Sequence record: NZ_CP137558.1
Origin: a plasmid
Reading direction: 5' to 3' (one strand)
DNA: 64,000 nt
Shown here: positions 19,839-29,665 of the stretch, piece by piece
How positions within the stretch are numbered: the stretch's first letter is position 1
Layout: each line of letters opens with the position of its first letter
Position numbers and translations under genes: made by a program
Notes under the pieces: generated by a model
The model's database searches: none
What the model saw: the letters and a program-made list of their open reading frames with translations, nothing else
Told to the model about the DNA's origin: nothing

Positions 19839-20798
19839 TTATGATTCACATAAATCTTTGCATTTCTCCCAATGCGCATCGAATTCCTCTTTGCTAACCA
19901 ACATATTGGTTTCTATCGAATACAAGTCATATTGCAGGATGATGGACATTGGGGGATTGAGTTTGATGAAATCTTCTGGAAAGCAACCATCTATTTCGAC
20001 ATTAGCTACGCAATAGTTGCCATCTGCAGAAATTGTGATAGCCTTTGATACTCTCACGCCATCAAACTCGCCATAGCAAATCGTGTCGAACACCTTTATC
20101 TTGAAATAGAACTTGTATATCAATATCTTGTTATTGCATGGAAGTTGGCTTCTCAGACGGATGCACAAATGAGCCAAAGACAACAAAAAACTTTTCTTGG
20201 CATCTTTTGGAGACATTATCAGCGTGAAGTCCTTGCCAATCTGACCTACAGAATTTACTTCGACTTTTGTTTTAGGCGCTTCCTTAGAAACAAGTGCTTG
20301 GATCTCCTTAACCGCCTTGCTCCAAGTCTTAACGTAATCAGGAAAAATGAAGTAATAATAGCTGCGGAAAAAGAACTCCTTAGTCTCTGGCTTGTATTGT
20401 ACGAAGAAGTTGGCAGAATCAAAAGATTCGGTTAACTGTTCTTCGTGCATGATGTGAGAATCATTGGGCGACTTCTCGCAAATCGTACTAAGCATCTTGA
20501 CTTGCCTCTTGAACCATATTTTGTATCTTTTGGCATAGAGTACAAAAATAATCGATATAACAGCCAAAATGACAAGCACGACAACACCGATAATATCTGA
20601 GCAGATATGAGTGATGACACCTATGCCATATATGATGACAATGCACCATAAAACGACCATTCCAAGTTTAGACATTATTTTTTCTATCATAAAGCTATTC
20701 GTTTTTGTGGTTTTTTGAATCCACGATTTTCTGTTATCTATGATACAGGCAGTGCCCTTTTCTGTAGTCTTCGGGAGATAATCTTTTTTTGTTTTCAA
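19839..20798 (-). CDS. hypothetical membrane protein (start possibly at internal Met ~20690)
   Basis: Two adjacent TM helices then 220-aa domain. Confidence 0.5.
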   Translation of the reverse strand: MKTKKDYLPKTTEKGTACIIDNRKSWIQKTTKTNSFMIEKIMSKLGMVVLWCIVIIYGIGVITHICSDIIGVVVLVILAVISIIFVLYAKRYKIWFKRQVKMLSTICEKSPNDSHIMHEEQLTESFDSANFFVQYKPETKEFFFRSYYYFIFPDYVKTWSKAVKEIQALVSKEAPKTKVEVNSVGQIGKDFTLIMSPKDAKKSFLLSLAHLCIRLRSQLPCNNKILIYKFYFKIKVFDTICYGEFDGVRVSKAITISADGNYCVANVEIDGCFPEDFIKLNPPMSIILQYDLYSIETNMLVSKEEFDAHWEKCKDLCES

Positions 20799-21207
20799 AC
20801 GCCATTTTATAGTCTTTCATATACCATTCCCATGCTTCTTGCATTACATAGTCCTTGTCATATAATATCCAAATTAACCTGTCCCATTCGTAGTTCGAGG
20901 CTTTGGGAACCATCGTTACTTTACTTCCTTTTTTACCGCTTGGACGATTGGCTTTTACTTGATATCTTATATTTCTATAAACGAAATCCGTCCCTTTGGC
21001 AACAGCAGTTTTATCTCTCATGTAATCGGAGTATTCTTTCTCAGACATACCTATCAACATTGCTGCATCATATTCTGAAATGGAACTTGTAATAGACGGT
21101 GCAACCCCAAAACTTGCTTGCCATTGCAAGGCAATATCTGCAAGTTTATCTCTTAGCTTTATCTTTTCTTCCATAATTGTGTTTATTTGAGCCTTGCGGA
21201 CTTGCAA
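20734..21207 (-). CDS. hypothetical protein (probable start ~21174)
   Basis: 157-aa ORF; upstream hairpin implies shorter start. Confidence 0.45.
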   Translation of the reverse strand: MQVRKAQINTIMEEKIKLRDKLADIALQWQASFGVAPSITSSISEYDAAMLIGMSEKEYSDYMRDKTAVAKGTDFVYRNIRYQVKANRPSGKKGSKVTMVPKASNYEWDRLIWILYDKDYVMQEAWEWYMKDYKMAFENKKRLSPEDYRKGHCLYHR

Positions 21208-21213
21208 TCCGCA
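21195..21213 (-). terminator. hairpin tgcggacttgcaatccgca downstream of 21222..21584
   Basis: Same stem-loop recurs at 22752 and four related copies at 29703..29883. Confidence 0.5.
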
Positions 21214-21221
21214 GAAAGCGA

Positions 21222-21584
21222 TTAATCATCCCAATAATACGTAGGTCTGTTGAAAGAAGGATACCAATCCAAGTATAGCACTTGTACCCTGGTGCCAATC
21301 TTGCGATAATCACCTTCCTCCACAAGCGAATTTCCATCATAAGTTTTATCTCCGACTTGAAACTCATACAGATAACAGTTCGTAGTATAGCGATGGAGCC
21401 AAGACGAAGTATTAGGTGTAATGACGGCTTCTGTTTTCACACCATGCTTTTTCAGCAGACCTAATAACCTGAGTTCGGGATAAGCAACAGTCATTTTTCT
21501 TGCTATGCCAGATTTCCGATAGGTGCATATTACATTTACCCTCCAAACAATATGGATGGCAAAATGCAGAATTGTAAAATCCAA
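21222..21584 (-). CDS. DUF3592-like small membrane protein
   Basis: N-terminal TM then YLYEFQVGDKTYDGNS..GTRVQVLY pattern typical of DUF3592. Confidence 0.5.
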   Translation of the reverse strand: MDFTILHFAIHIVWRVNVICTYRKSGIARKMTVAYPELRLLGLLKKHGVKTEAVITPNTSSWLHRYTTNCYLYEFQVGDKTYDGNSLVEEGDYRKIGTRVQVLYLDWYPSFNRPTYYWDD

Positions 21585-21591
21585 ATAAAGT

Positions 21592-22515
21592 TTACTTTAT
21601 AACAGCGAGCTGTCCGTTAACATTCTCTATGCAATAGTCAATGTTGATGGACGGTTTCTTTTCAAAGAAGCTATACGCAGCCAAAACAGAAAGGAGATTC
21701 ATTACAAAGTTGAACACGCTACGATGTCTTGAATGTACAAGTTGTGCAACATTCTTAAGTTCGTCATTGATGGTTTCTATGACAGACCTTTTGCGTAACA
21801 GAATCTTGTCATACAATGGCATGAGCCTGTTTTTCATATTGCATTTCAAGCCAGTGACAATTTCAATACCGTCGTTAAACAATCTCTCAAACAAGCCCTG
21901 TGAAATATATCCTTTGTCTGCGAATAATTTTCCGAACACGTTATCACTCAATCTGTTAAACACATCTATATTTCTGTCGTCAACATTCGCTTTCGTAAGC
22001 ATAAAGTTAAGCAGTTCACCTCTCTCATTACATATCAGGTGCAACTTGAAACCGAAATACCATCCCATGGTACTCTTACCTCTTTCTGCATAACCACGGA
22101 ATACCTTGTTCCTTGTTATGCGCTTGTTGTGGCATACGGGAATGCATGTGCTGTCAATGAAACTTATACCCGTGCATCTGCCAAAGCAAAACAGTTGGAG
22201 GAACAGCATCATCTCAACCGCGACTCTGGACTCGAGTTCAACAAAGCGGTTATATGAGAGCTGCTTGGGGAACAAGTCGCACAAGTGCATCTTGACATAG
22301 AAGAGGTAATAATGCTTGAAGTTGCGGAAAGTGTTGAAATGAAAACAGATGAGTATTGTCATAATTTCCGAGCGACTCATAGTCCATTTACGATTGCGGT
22401 GCTTACGCCCGTCCGGCTCACAAATGGACATGCGTGCAATTTCTTTATCATATTCTTGACAAAACTCATCGATAATACAGAAAATTTCTGTAATTTTGTC
22501 CTTGGTAATCTCCAT
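21592..22515 (-). CDS. IS982-family DDE transposase
   Basis: ~300 aa; KLHLICNERGELLNFMLTKANVDDRN..DKGYIS DDE blocks as in IS982/IS1187-type; probable start MEITKDK. Confidence 0.75.
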   Translation of the reverse strand: MEITKDKITEIFCIIDEFCQEYDKEIARMSICEPDGRKHRNRKWTMSRSEIMTILICFHFNTFRNFKHYYLFYVKMHLCDLFPKQLSYNRFVELESRVAVEMMLFLQLFCFGRCTGISFIDSTCIPVCHNKRITRNKVFRGYAERGKSTMGWYFGFKLHLICNERGELLNFMLTKANVDDRNIDVFNRLSDNVFGKLFADKGYISQGLFERLFNDGIEIVTGLKCNMKNRLMPLYDKILLRKRSVIETINDELKNVAQLVHSRHRSVFNFVMNLLSVLAAYSFFEKKPSINIDYCIENVNGQLAVIK

Positions 22516-22751
22516 AACTATAGTATCCTTTAATTTTATAATTAATTGATTCACAACCATAAAGGTACTAAAAATTATTGGGATTACCAACTTTTACAAT
22601 GACTTTCTTATCCCGAACTCAGGTTAATAGTATAGGTACACCAATAACGGCATAAGCAAAAACACAAATACAAATACCAAAGTAAATCTTCCCTATTGTT
22701 TCCTTTACTGAGCTAAAATCAATGTTTCTCATTTGATGTTCTTTTTAGTCT

Positions 22752-22772
22752 CTGCGGACTTGCAATCCGCAG
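22752..22772 (-). terminator. hairpin ctgcggacttgcaatccgcag downstream of 22784..23728
   Basis: Read directly. Confidence 0.5.
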
Positions 22773-22783
22773 GAAGTACAACT

Positions 22784-23728
22784 TTATCTTCTTTCAATCA
22801 ATTCCCCATCCCATTTTACAAGGTTCGGACGATGGCATCCATGCCATTTCTCGAAGTAAGCATCAATATCGCAAACTCTTGACATCACTTTCTCTTTTAA
22901 TTTCTCAACTTGATTGTTGTAACCAATTTCCGTGAAGTAACGCCCTACCTTCAACCCTCCAGACCAAAACTCCTTAGATAGAGCAGGCATTCCCTTTATA
23001 AAATCAGAGTCAAGCCTCATTTCCTTTTCACTGTTTGGAAGTATGACGTATTTCAGACCTTCCGTCTCTTTAAGTGAAGAAAGAGAGCCAAGTTGAGGGG
23101 TGACCTCAAAGGCATTTATAAATATCTTTATGTATCTGTCGCCTTGTGTTATCCTTACCGACACAAAATCCAAGAACTTGCCCTGTCTAAGACGGCACAT
23201 ATCATAAATATAACCAAAGCCATTCCATCCAAAGTTTGATGTCTTGAAAGGTTTCTCAACAAACCCTTTTTCTTTTAGGATGGGATGGGCATCTTTGAGA
23301 AAAATATCTTTCCTTACTTTTAGAATATCTTTCCTTGTCGCTTGGTATTTCCGAACCTCTGGGCATTTCCATAACAGTAAAGAGAAAGCAAACAGCACAA
23401 AAAAGAACACGATATGCCTCATACATAGATAATCTTTCTCAAAAACCGTGTCATGCTGCATATCATAGAAGAACTCGGCTTGCCCAATATTTTTGCAAAG
23501 TTCTCTGCTTACACCTACATAATAGTCCTTACCAGCGTATGCGATTTTAACCGTTGAGTGCATTCTGTGCCCTCTACAATTTACCTCCAGGATGGAGTAA
23601 TTTGTAATCGGCTGTTCACATGAAACAATATAGTTTTGCTGCTGATATGTCGTGGCAACATATAGAGCAAAGCATAATACCCCAATGTTTATCGCTAAGA
23701 CTATAGGAATCCATTTGTTTATTCTCAT
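22784..23728 (-). CDS. membrane protein with N-terminal DUF3592-like region and C-terminal unknown domain
   Basis: TM, YSILEVNCRGHRMHSTVKIAYAGKDYYVGVS DUF3592-like, second TM. Confidence 0.5.
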   Translation of the reverse strand: MRINKWIPIVLAINIGVLCFALYVATTYQQQNYIVSCEQPITNYSILEVNCRGHRMHSTVKIAYAGKDYYVGVSRELCKNIGQAEFFYDMQHDTVFEKDYLCMRHIVFFFVLFAFSLLLWKCPEVRKYQATRKDILKVRKDIFLKDAHPILKEKGFVEKPFKTSNFGWNGFGYIYDMCRLRQGKFLDFVSVRITQGDRYIKIFINAFEVTPQLGSLSSLKETEGLKYVILPNSEKEMRLDSDFIKGMPALSKEFWSGGLKVGRYFTEIGYNNQVEKLKEKVMSRVCDIDAYFEKWHGCHRPNLVKWDGELIERR

Positions 23729-23758
23729 ACCATAGTTGTTTTACCTCCCATAATCGCT

Positions 23759-23968
23759 CTAATCATTACGCTCCTTTTCGTCCGTGATAAGCTCTTTCAT
23801 ATCCACAGACAATAGCTGCGCGATTTCAAGAAGTGTGGTAAGATTGGGTTGAGTGCGGTTGCATACGTATGCATTGACCGTACTGAAACTCCTTTCCAAC
23901 TTCTTTGCAAGCCATGTTTGGCTTATCCCTTTGTCCTCTAAAACTGCTCTTATGCGATTTAACTTCAT
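23759..23968 (-). CDS. XRE-family helix-turn-helix transcriptional regulator
   Basis: ISQTWLAKKLERSFSTVNAYVCNRTQPNLTTLLEIAQLL. Confidence 0.7.
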   Translation of the reverse strand: MKLNRIRAVLEDKGISQTWLAKKLERSFSTVNAYVCNRTQPNLTTLLEIAQLLSVDMKELITDEKERND

Positions 23969-23974
23969 ATTTTT

Positions 23975-24180
23975 ATTGTTTTTACACTACAAAAATAACA
24001 TTTTATCGTGATAATCCATCCGAATCCATTGAATATCTGCTGTATTCCGTCGTAATTTAGACAAAATAGAAATATAATCTGCAAAAATGGAACTAAGCAA
24101 TTGATTTCCCATTATGGCAAGATACATATATGCGTTTATGAATATGTTCTTTTTGCCATACTCTTAAAATGACGTTACAT
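23975..24180. repeat. ~200-bp conserved upstream block R2 (copy of 16920..17165)
   Basis: See R1. Confidence 0.7.
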
Positions 24181-24296
24181 GAAAATTACTGTTGGTAACT
24201 ACTCTTTTACCTTTGCAAAGACTAATCTTAATATTTTGTAAAATCACAGCATAAAATGTTGTTTTTCAGAAATTAGATTTAACTTTGCACTCGAAA

Positions 24297-25493
24297 TCAA
24301 AGCGTTCTTTGTATATTGCAAAGTTGTGAAAGAAAAAGAATATAGCTCGTTTCTAAATCGTTAGCAGTTACATTCTTTAAAATACTCAACTCGCTGATAT
24401 TCAATAAATAAAAGAATTTACTGTGACTCCTCATGTGCCAGGACAGCGGCTTGGTGATACCACATTTTTTGCCCAGTCTTTTGAGCGAATCCATACAACT
24501 TTGGTAGTTGGGTACTGGAAACACCCTGCCGTCTTCACACAATCCACGGTATTTTTCCATAATTTGCTTGGGATAATCAAGCAACTTGATGTTGGCTTCC
24601 GTTCCTGTCTTCTGTCGATGGATAACAATCCATTCACCTTCATCGAAAAATTCCTTGATGTTCTCTTCCTTCAAGTTGTACAGGTCAATGAAAGCGAGAC
24701 CTGTAAAACAACAGAACAGGAACAAGTCACGCACCATACTCATCTTCTTTCTTGTGATAGGTGTCTCCATCAACAGGTGAATCTCTTCTTTGCTCAGAAA
24801 CTCTCTTGTGGTCTCTTCTTCCTTGTACTCATATCGTCTGAATGGGTCTTTTACGAGCCATTCATTATCTATGGCACGGAATACCATTGCACGGAGATTG
24901 CGGACAAACACCATCGCAGAGTTTATCTTCAAGTGCTTGTCGGTTCTGAGAAAAGTCTCGTAGTCTGTGATAAAAGGCAGCGATAACTCTTTCAGAGCAA
25001 TATCCTTCACATGGTAATGCATCTGCAAGAACTCGCCCACATAGGCACACCCGATTCTATACTTCGTGTATGTACTCAAAGATTTCATGCCAGCCTTATA
25101 TTGCTTTTCCATTTCATCACGGCTTTGAGAATAGACTTTCATCAGTGTATGGCAACGATACTCCAAGCCAAGAAAGGCGTTCTTCACCTTGTCGGCAGTG
25201 ACGAAGTTGTCCCTGTCCATAATCTCCTGATAATGCTTACTGATACTCACACGCATCTTGTCCAATTTGCGGTTCACTTCCAAAGCCTGCATACTCTTAC
25301 CTATCATGCGTCCGCCCTTGGTGTCCCACAAATCTGGATTGGCAGTTGTCTTGCAACTGAACTGAGACTGTGTTCCGTCCACTGTGATACGTCCCATAAC
25401 TGGAACAGTACCATCTTTCTTTACTACCTGTCTTTTGAGGTAGAAGATAATTGAAAATGTACTCTTCATAACGTCATTCTTTTTTGCGTTCAA
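24297..25493 (-). CDS. tyrosine integrase-like protein with divergent/possibly degenerate C-terminal catalytic region
   Basis: N-terminal Bacteroides integrase arm domain FSIIFYLKRQVVKKDGTVPVMGRITVDGT; C-terminus SWHMRSHSKFFYLLNISELSILKNVTAND..; RH and LGH boxes not recognisable; last ~120 bp abruptly AT-rich. Confidence 0.65.
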   Translation of the reverse strand: MNAKKNDVMKSTFSIIFYLKRQVVKKDGTVPVMGRITVDGTQSQFSCKTTANPDLWDTKGGRMIGKSMQALEVNRKLDKMRVSISKHYQEIMDRDNFVTADKVKNAFLGLEYRCHTLMKVYSQSRDEMEKQYKAGMKSLSTYTKYRIGCAYVGEFLQMHYHVKDIALKELSLPFITDYETFLRTDKHLKINSAMVFVRNLRAMVFRAIDNEWLVKDPFRRYEYKEEETTREFLSKEEIHLLMETPITRKKMSMVRDLFLFCCFTGLAFIDLYNLKEENIKEFFDEGEWIVIHRQKTGTEANIKLLDYPKQIMEKYRGLCEDGRVFPVPNYQSCMDSLKRLGKKCGITKPLSWHMRSHSKFFYLLNISELSILKNVTANDLETSYILFLSQLCNIQRTL

Positions 25494-25869
25494 AATTAAT
25501 ACATGAAGAGTCTTTTCTTGCTACGCATTTCACGGCAGAATACGGCAAATTTGGTTCGTAACCAAAAATCTTACGTTACTCATCAGTAACTCACTATAAA
25601 TCAGAGCGTTCAAATTCAATTCGTAACCTTCCTCATTCTTCCGAACCTCAACATTCCCCATTTGGGGTATAGGTTACGGATAGGTAACGTTCCTCTGTCT
25701 CATCTTGTCGTATTCCCGTCTTCGTCTGTCCTCGCCACTTTTAACCAAAATGAGGAAAGTAACTGATTACCAGTAAACTTTCCTCATTCTTCTCTCAAAC
25801 ACTTTTTATATGCACTTTCATGTCTGAAAAGTTTATATTTAGGTTTATCATTTGCATTTTATTGCATAT

Positions 25870-25944
25870 CTTGAAAAATAGATGTAATTTTAGGTTCGGT
25901 TAATGAAAAGAGAAGTCTGCTAGCAGTGATGCTGGCAGACTTTT
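25870..25944. repeat. ~80-bp repeat incl. hairpin agtctgctagc..gctggcagact; inverted copy at 54067..54140
   Basis: RC of this block aligns ~85 percent with 54067..54140. Confidence 0.6.
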
Positions 25945-25950
25945 TTATTG

Positions 25951-26865
25951 CTAGTTCTCCGGATCGAAGATTTCACCATAATATACCCAACCCTCAGTCC
26001 AGTCGTCTATCTTGACACTCGTAAGGTTCATTTCCGGCTTCATCTCGCTGTATTCCAGGTTGACAATATACTTGCCGCTCGGCTTCATCACGGGAGCTTT
26101 CAGGTCGTAGCGTGTACTGTTACCATCAGGAGTTTTGAGCACGATAAACAGATTGGTGTTTTGAACACCATCGCACGTCGGCATCAGGTACATTGTTTTT
26201 GTTACAAACATGTTATCCAACATCGTTATTCCGGAAGGAATATCGCATTCTTTCTTAGTCCTTGTTGGCGTGCCGAAAGTTCCATCTTCATTTTGCTGCA
26301 AGGCAAACAGTCCGGTGGCAACATTCAATACCTTTCCCGTGATAGCCGTATGCAGAGGAGCCCCTTTTATGTTGATGGTGAGCTCGGCAAGCACACGTCG
26401 CATTTCGCTTTTGACGATATGGTGCACATTTTCATGGTCTATGATGATGTCTGTTACACCATAATAGGCATGTTCGGGTGCTGCGTCCGTACCCGACAGA
26501 CTGATTACCAGATTGTTCATGTTGTCAACGCCTCTAGTCTGCTCACTGATGGTGAACGGAGCCACCAGGTTGGTGGTGGTGAGAATGCGATAGTGACCTT
26601 TGGGCATGTCATATCGCTCGCTTGCCATTTCCTGCGCACTGCCATGCTGGCTTTGCTCCACCAGCGTGCCATTTTCTGCATTCATGATCCACGTCTTCAC
26701 GTCCTTCACTTCCGTGCCCTCGTCGGTCTCGTCAGCCCAGTCGAGAGATATCGACAGGCCTCCGTCTCCTTCGCCATCATGCACGTCGTGGTCGCAACTA
26801 GCCAATAGGCATGGGATGCATGCCAGCACCCATAGCCAGATATTCAGTTTGTTTCTTGTTTTCAT
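25951..26865 (-). CDS. fimbrillin-family lipoprotein (FimB/Mfa2-like type V pilus subunit)
   Basis: Lipoprotein signal LLASCDHD; ~300 aa; C-terminal IDDWTEGW motif shared with other pilin-like genes here. Confidence 0.45.
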   Translation of the reverse strand: MKTRNKLNIWLWVLACIPCLLASCDHDVHDGEGDGGLSISLDWADETDEGTEVKDVKTWIMNAENGTLVEQSQHGSAQEMASERYDMPKGHYRILTTTNLVAPFTISEQTRGVDNMNNLVISLSGTDAAPEHAYYGVTDIIIDHENVHHIVKSEMRRVLAELTINIKGAPLHTAITGKVLNVATGLFALQQNEDGTFGTPTRTKKECDIPSGITMLDNMFVTKTMYLMPTCDGVQNTNLFIVLKTPDGNSTRYDLKAPVMKPSGKYIVNLEYSEMKPEMNLTSVKIDDWTEGWVYYGEIFDPEN

Positions 26866-26885
26866 TGTCTGTATTGTTTTATGGG

Positions 26886-27644
26886 TTACTGTTTGGTGAG
26901 ACTGATACCCAGTCTGATGCCGCTTTCCCAGACATAGTTGTTCTTGTGCAGATATTCCGGCATGCCGTCCAGGCGTTTGCCCGTGAGTCGGGTCAATCCC
27001 GAAAAGATGCCCAGTTTCAGGCGGTCATTCAGCCGATAGCCCACCTGCAGGTTGGCACCATATCCCAGATGCCAGTGGGTGGCACCTTTCTTCACGGTTG
27101 TTCCGTCCGTCAGGTTCTGGATATCTGCCTTGGTGGTCACGGCATATAGATGAGGCGATGCAGCCACCTCCCAGCGGCTGTTGGCAGTTTGAGGAAACAG
27201 AGCCAGCAGGTTGATGTTTACTCTTGCCCCCAACTGTGCCATCTTTACCTGGCTCTTCAGCTGGGTATACTCCCAGCAGTCCATTCCCAGGACGCTGGCC
27301 TTGTATATCGTGCCGTCGCTTCCCAGCCAGTAGTTGCGTTCTGCACAGCAGTCTTGCGCCGCCAGATTCATCTCTCCGTATTTTGCCGATAGCTCAGCCG
27401 ACCAGATGTTGTTGAAACGATAGCCGCCGTAAAATCCGGCGTCCCAACCGAGTCGGGTCTTGTCGTGTCCGAAACTCGAGAAAGTAGAGAAGCCGAAAGG
27501 CATACCTCCATCTATGCCGACATACCATCCTTGCTCATCTTTCTGCACACCGTCGTTTACTTCCGCCCTTGTTACAGAAAGCGGAAGGATGGCAGCAAGC
27601 GTTGCAATCGGTAGCCCAATTTTAGTTCTTAAAGATTTTTTCAT
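26886..27644 (-). CDS. outer-membrane beta-barrel protein (OmpA-like/OMP_b-brl family)
   Basis: Signal MKKSLRTKIGLPIATLAAILPLSV; alternating aromatic beta-strand pattern; C-terminal GIRLGISL.. Confidence 0.55.
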   Translation of the reverse strand: MKKSLRTKIGLPIATLAAILPLSVTRAEVNDGVQKDEQGWYVGIDGGMPFGFSTFSSFGHDKTRLGWDAGFYGGYRFNNIWSAELSAKYGEMNLAAQDCCAERNYWLGSDGTIYKASVLGMDCWEYTQLKSQVKMAQLGARVNINLLALFPQTANSRWEVAASPHLYAVTTKADIQNLTDGTTVKKGATHWHLGYGANLQVGYRLNDRLKLGIFSGLTRLTGKRLDGMPEYLHKNNYVWESGIRLGISLTKQ

Positions 27645-27711
27645 ATAAGTTCGTTTAGTTAAACTTGTCAGTATGAAGAATGCTTCTATGGGCATTACTT
27701 CTAAATATGCT

Positions 27712-27848
27712 GCAAATATAGCATTTTTTTCCGATATAAGGTGTCTCTTTCCTCAAAAAAAGTGTCTACTTCCTATGTTCAAGGTGTCGCATTGGTACCA
27801 ATGCGACACTCCTGTTAACATAAAAATACATATAAATACGTATTTTAG
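27712..27848 (-). promoter_or_regulatory. conserved pilus-locus promoter block with 26-bp perfect palindrome GTGTCGCATTGGTACCAATGCGACAC (27784..27809)
   Basis: Near-identical blocks at 42983..43170 and 50918..51110; three GGTGTC half sites upstream; second palindrome aaatacgtattt. Confidence 0.7.
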
Positions 27849-28037
27849 TGTGCATCAGAAATCCACTTCCAGTGCTGCCCGTTTTCCTGGGATTTCTTTG
27901 TTATGTAATAACTTTTTTAATCGGTAAGAGTGAAGCAGGGCGACTTATCCTTACGATAGTGGATAGTTTTTGCGATGTTTTCTTGCGGGTCTCGAAAAAT
28001 TATCGTACTTTTGCTGCGTGATGAAAAGATATAATAT

Positions 28038-29252
28038 ATGATGAAAAGATATAACTGTATATTCATGGCGCTTGTGGCGCTAGCTTTGTTTGCCTGCCAG
28101 GGCAGAAAGACGGCATCTGGTGATGGGGAAGTAGGTGATACGTTGAAGATGAAGTATGCCCGGTTGCTGACCATCGTAAGGCATGGTGAGGGGACTTATG
28201 ATGAAGGGACTTATGATGAAGTGATGATAGCCAACCCCTGGAAGGCTGGCACCCTGCTGCATCGCTATATCCTCGTCCCGAAGGGCAAGGAGGGGGATGA
28301 GACCGTGGCGCAGCTTGCCAGACGCAGGGTGTCGGGCGTAAGATGCGTCACGGATACCGTGCGCACACCCGTAGAAAGCAGTGCCGTATTCATGGCTCCG
28401 CATTGCCAGCTGATGTATGAGTTGGGTGTGGGGAATGCCATCCGTGGCGTATGCGATCTGGATTATATCAATATTCCCGATATCAGGAAGCGCGTATCAT
28501 CATCCTCTGTTGTGGATTGCGGTTCCGGTATGGCACCCGATCTTGAGCGCATCATCGCCCTGAAGCCCGAGGCAATCCTCGTATCTCCTTTCGAGAACAG
28601 TGGCGGATATGGTAAGCTCGACAAGCTTCGCATCCCCCTGATAGAAGCAGCCGACTATATGGAGACATCGCCATTGGGCAGGGCAGAGTGGATGAAATTC
28701 TATGGCATGCTCTTTGGCAGCCGTCAGGCAGATTCGCTCTTTGCCGGTATAGAAAAGGAATATCAGTCGCTGAAGTCGGTGGCAGGGAAACTGCCCGAAG
28801 GTCTTTCGGTGTTGACCGAGCGCAAGACGGGTGGGGTATGGTATGTGCCGGGCGGCAGGAGCACGATGGCCCTTCTTCTGAAGGATGCCCATGCCCGCTA
28901 TGTTTTTGCAGAGGATGATCACAGCGGAAGTCTGGCGATGAGTCCGGAGCAGATTCTGGCGAAGGGTAGGGAGATAGATGTCTGGGCATTCAAGTATTTC
29001 GGAGGTGCTCCCTTGGGCAAAGCCCAACTGCTTCAGGAGTATGAAGGCTACAAGGCATTGTCAGCCTTTCAGCGTGGCAACATCTATGAAGTAGATACTT
29101 CCCGTGTTCCCTATTTTGAGATGACGAGTTTCCATCCCGAGCTGCTGCTCCGTGAGTTCATCCTCCTTTCTCATCCTGCCACGGATGCTCGGTATGCCCG
29201 GAACGGGGAGTTGGGGAAGCTGGGAACACTCCGGTTCTATCAGCCTTTGTAG
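28038..29252 (+). CDS. ABC transporter substrate-binding lipoprotein, Peripla_BP_2 (iron-siderophore/cobalamin/heme) family, orphan
   Basis: Lipobox ALALFAC; GVCDLDYIN..ALKPEAILVSPFENSG blocks; internal GEGTYDEGTYDE duplication. Confidence 0.75.
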   Translation: MMKRYNCIFMALVALALFACQGRKTASGDGEVGDTLKMKYARLLTIVRHGEGTYDEGTYDEVMIANPWKAGTLLHRYILVPKGKEGDETVAQLARRRVSGVRCVTDTVRTPVESSAVFMAPHCQLMYELGVGNAIRGVCDLDYINIPDIRKRVSSSSVVDCGSGMAPDLERIIALKPEAILVSPFENSGGYGKLDKLRIPLIEAADYMETSPLGRAEWMKFYGMLFGSRQADSLFAGIEKEYQSLKSVAGKLPEGLSVLTERKTGGVWYVPGGRSTMALLLKDAHARYVFAEDDHSGSLAMSPEQILAKGREIDVWAFKYFGGAPLGKAQLLQEYEGYKALSAFQRGNIYEVDTSRVPYFEMTSFHPELLLREFILLSHPATDARYARNGELGKLGTLRFYQPL

Positions 29253-29414
29253 GGGGAATGGCTATCATGGCTCAGAATGGAACAAAGCGAATTTGTACCA
29301 GGCTGGTACAAAATTACAAAAGGTGGATAATGCGACAATCCCAATGCCAGAAATCTTGCTTGGTGTGCCTTGGAGACATCAGACAATCGTAGACAGGGTT
29401 TACGATGCCTGTAA

Positions 29415-29450
29415 GTTTGCATGTTTGCATGTTTGCATGCAAACATGTTT
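29415..29450. repeat. gtttgcat x3 plus palindrome catgtttgcatgcaaacatg (core shared with 1133..1180)
   Basis: Read directly. Confidence 0.8.
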
Positions 29451-29461
29451 TGTTCTTTGTC

Positions 29462-29551
29462 ACGCAGATTTATTCTTTGTTGTTTTGTCACGCAGATTTC
29501 GCAGATGACGCAGATTTATTCTTCTTCACGCAGAGCTTTTTGCGCAGATGA
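29462..29551. repeat. CGCAGAT-type short tandem repeats (inverted copy of ATCTGCG family at 45201 and 51448)
   Basis: gtcacgcagat..tattctttg blocks. Confidence 0.7.
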
Positions 29552-29580
29552 CGCAGATCTTTCCTGAACTTTCGCCTTGT

Positions 29581-29665
29581 TTGCCCCACACGCCCTGGGC
29601 TAGGAGCTTCTGCCCTTTACCTTTCCCTTCGGCCGGTGACCGTTGGTTCAGGGTGTGTGGGGCAA
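29581..29665. repeat. 17-bp inverted repeat ttgccccacacgccctg / cagggtgtgtggggcaa
   Basis: Read directly, 1 mismatch. Confidence 0.7.

Noticed and set aside
27712..27848. Invertible promoter (flanking inverted repeats) at pilus-locus promoter block
   Set aside because: The 26-bp palindrome is self-symmetric and central; I could not find a separate flanking inverted repeat pair around the block
28500..29027. 175- and 145-aa minus-strand ORFs
   Set aside because: Antisense inside the ABC substrate-binding protein gene in a GC-rich stretch
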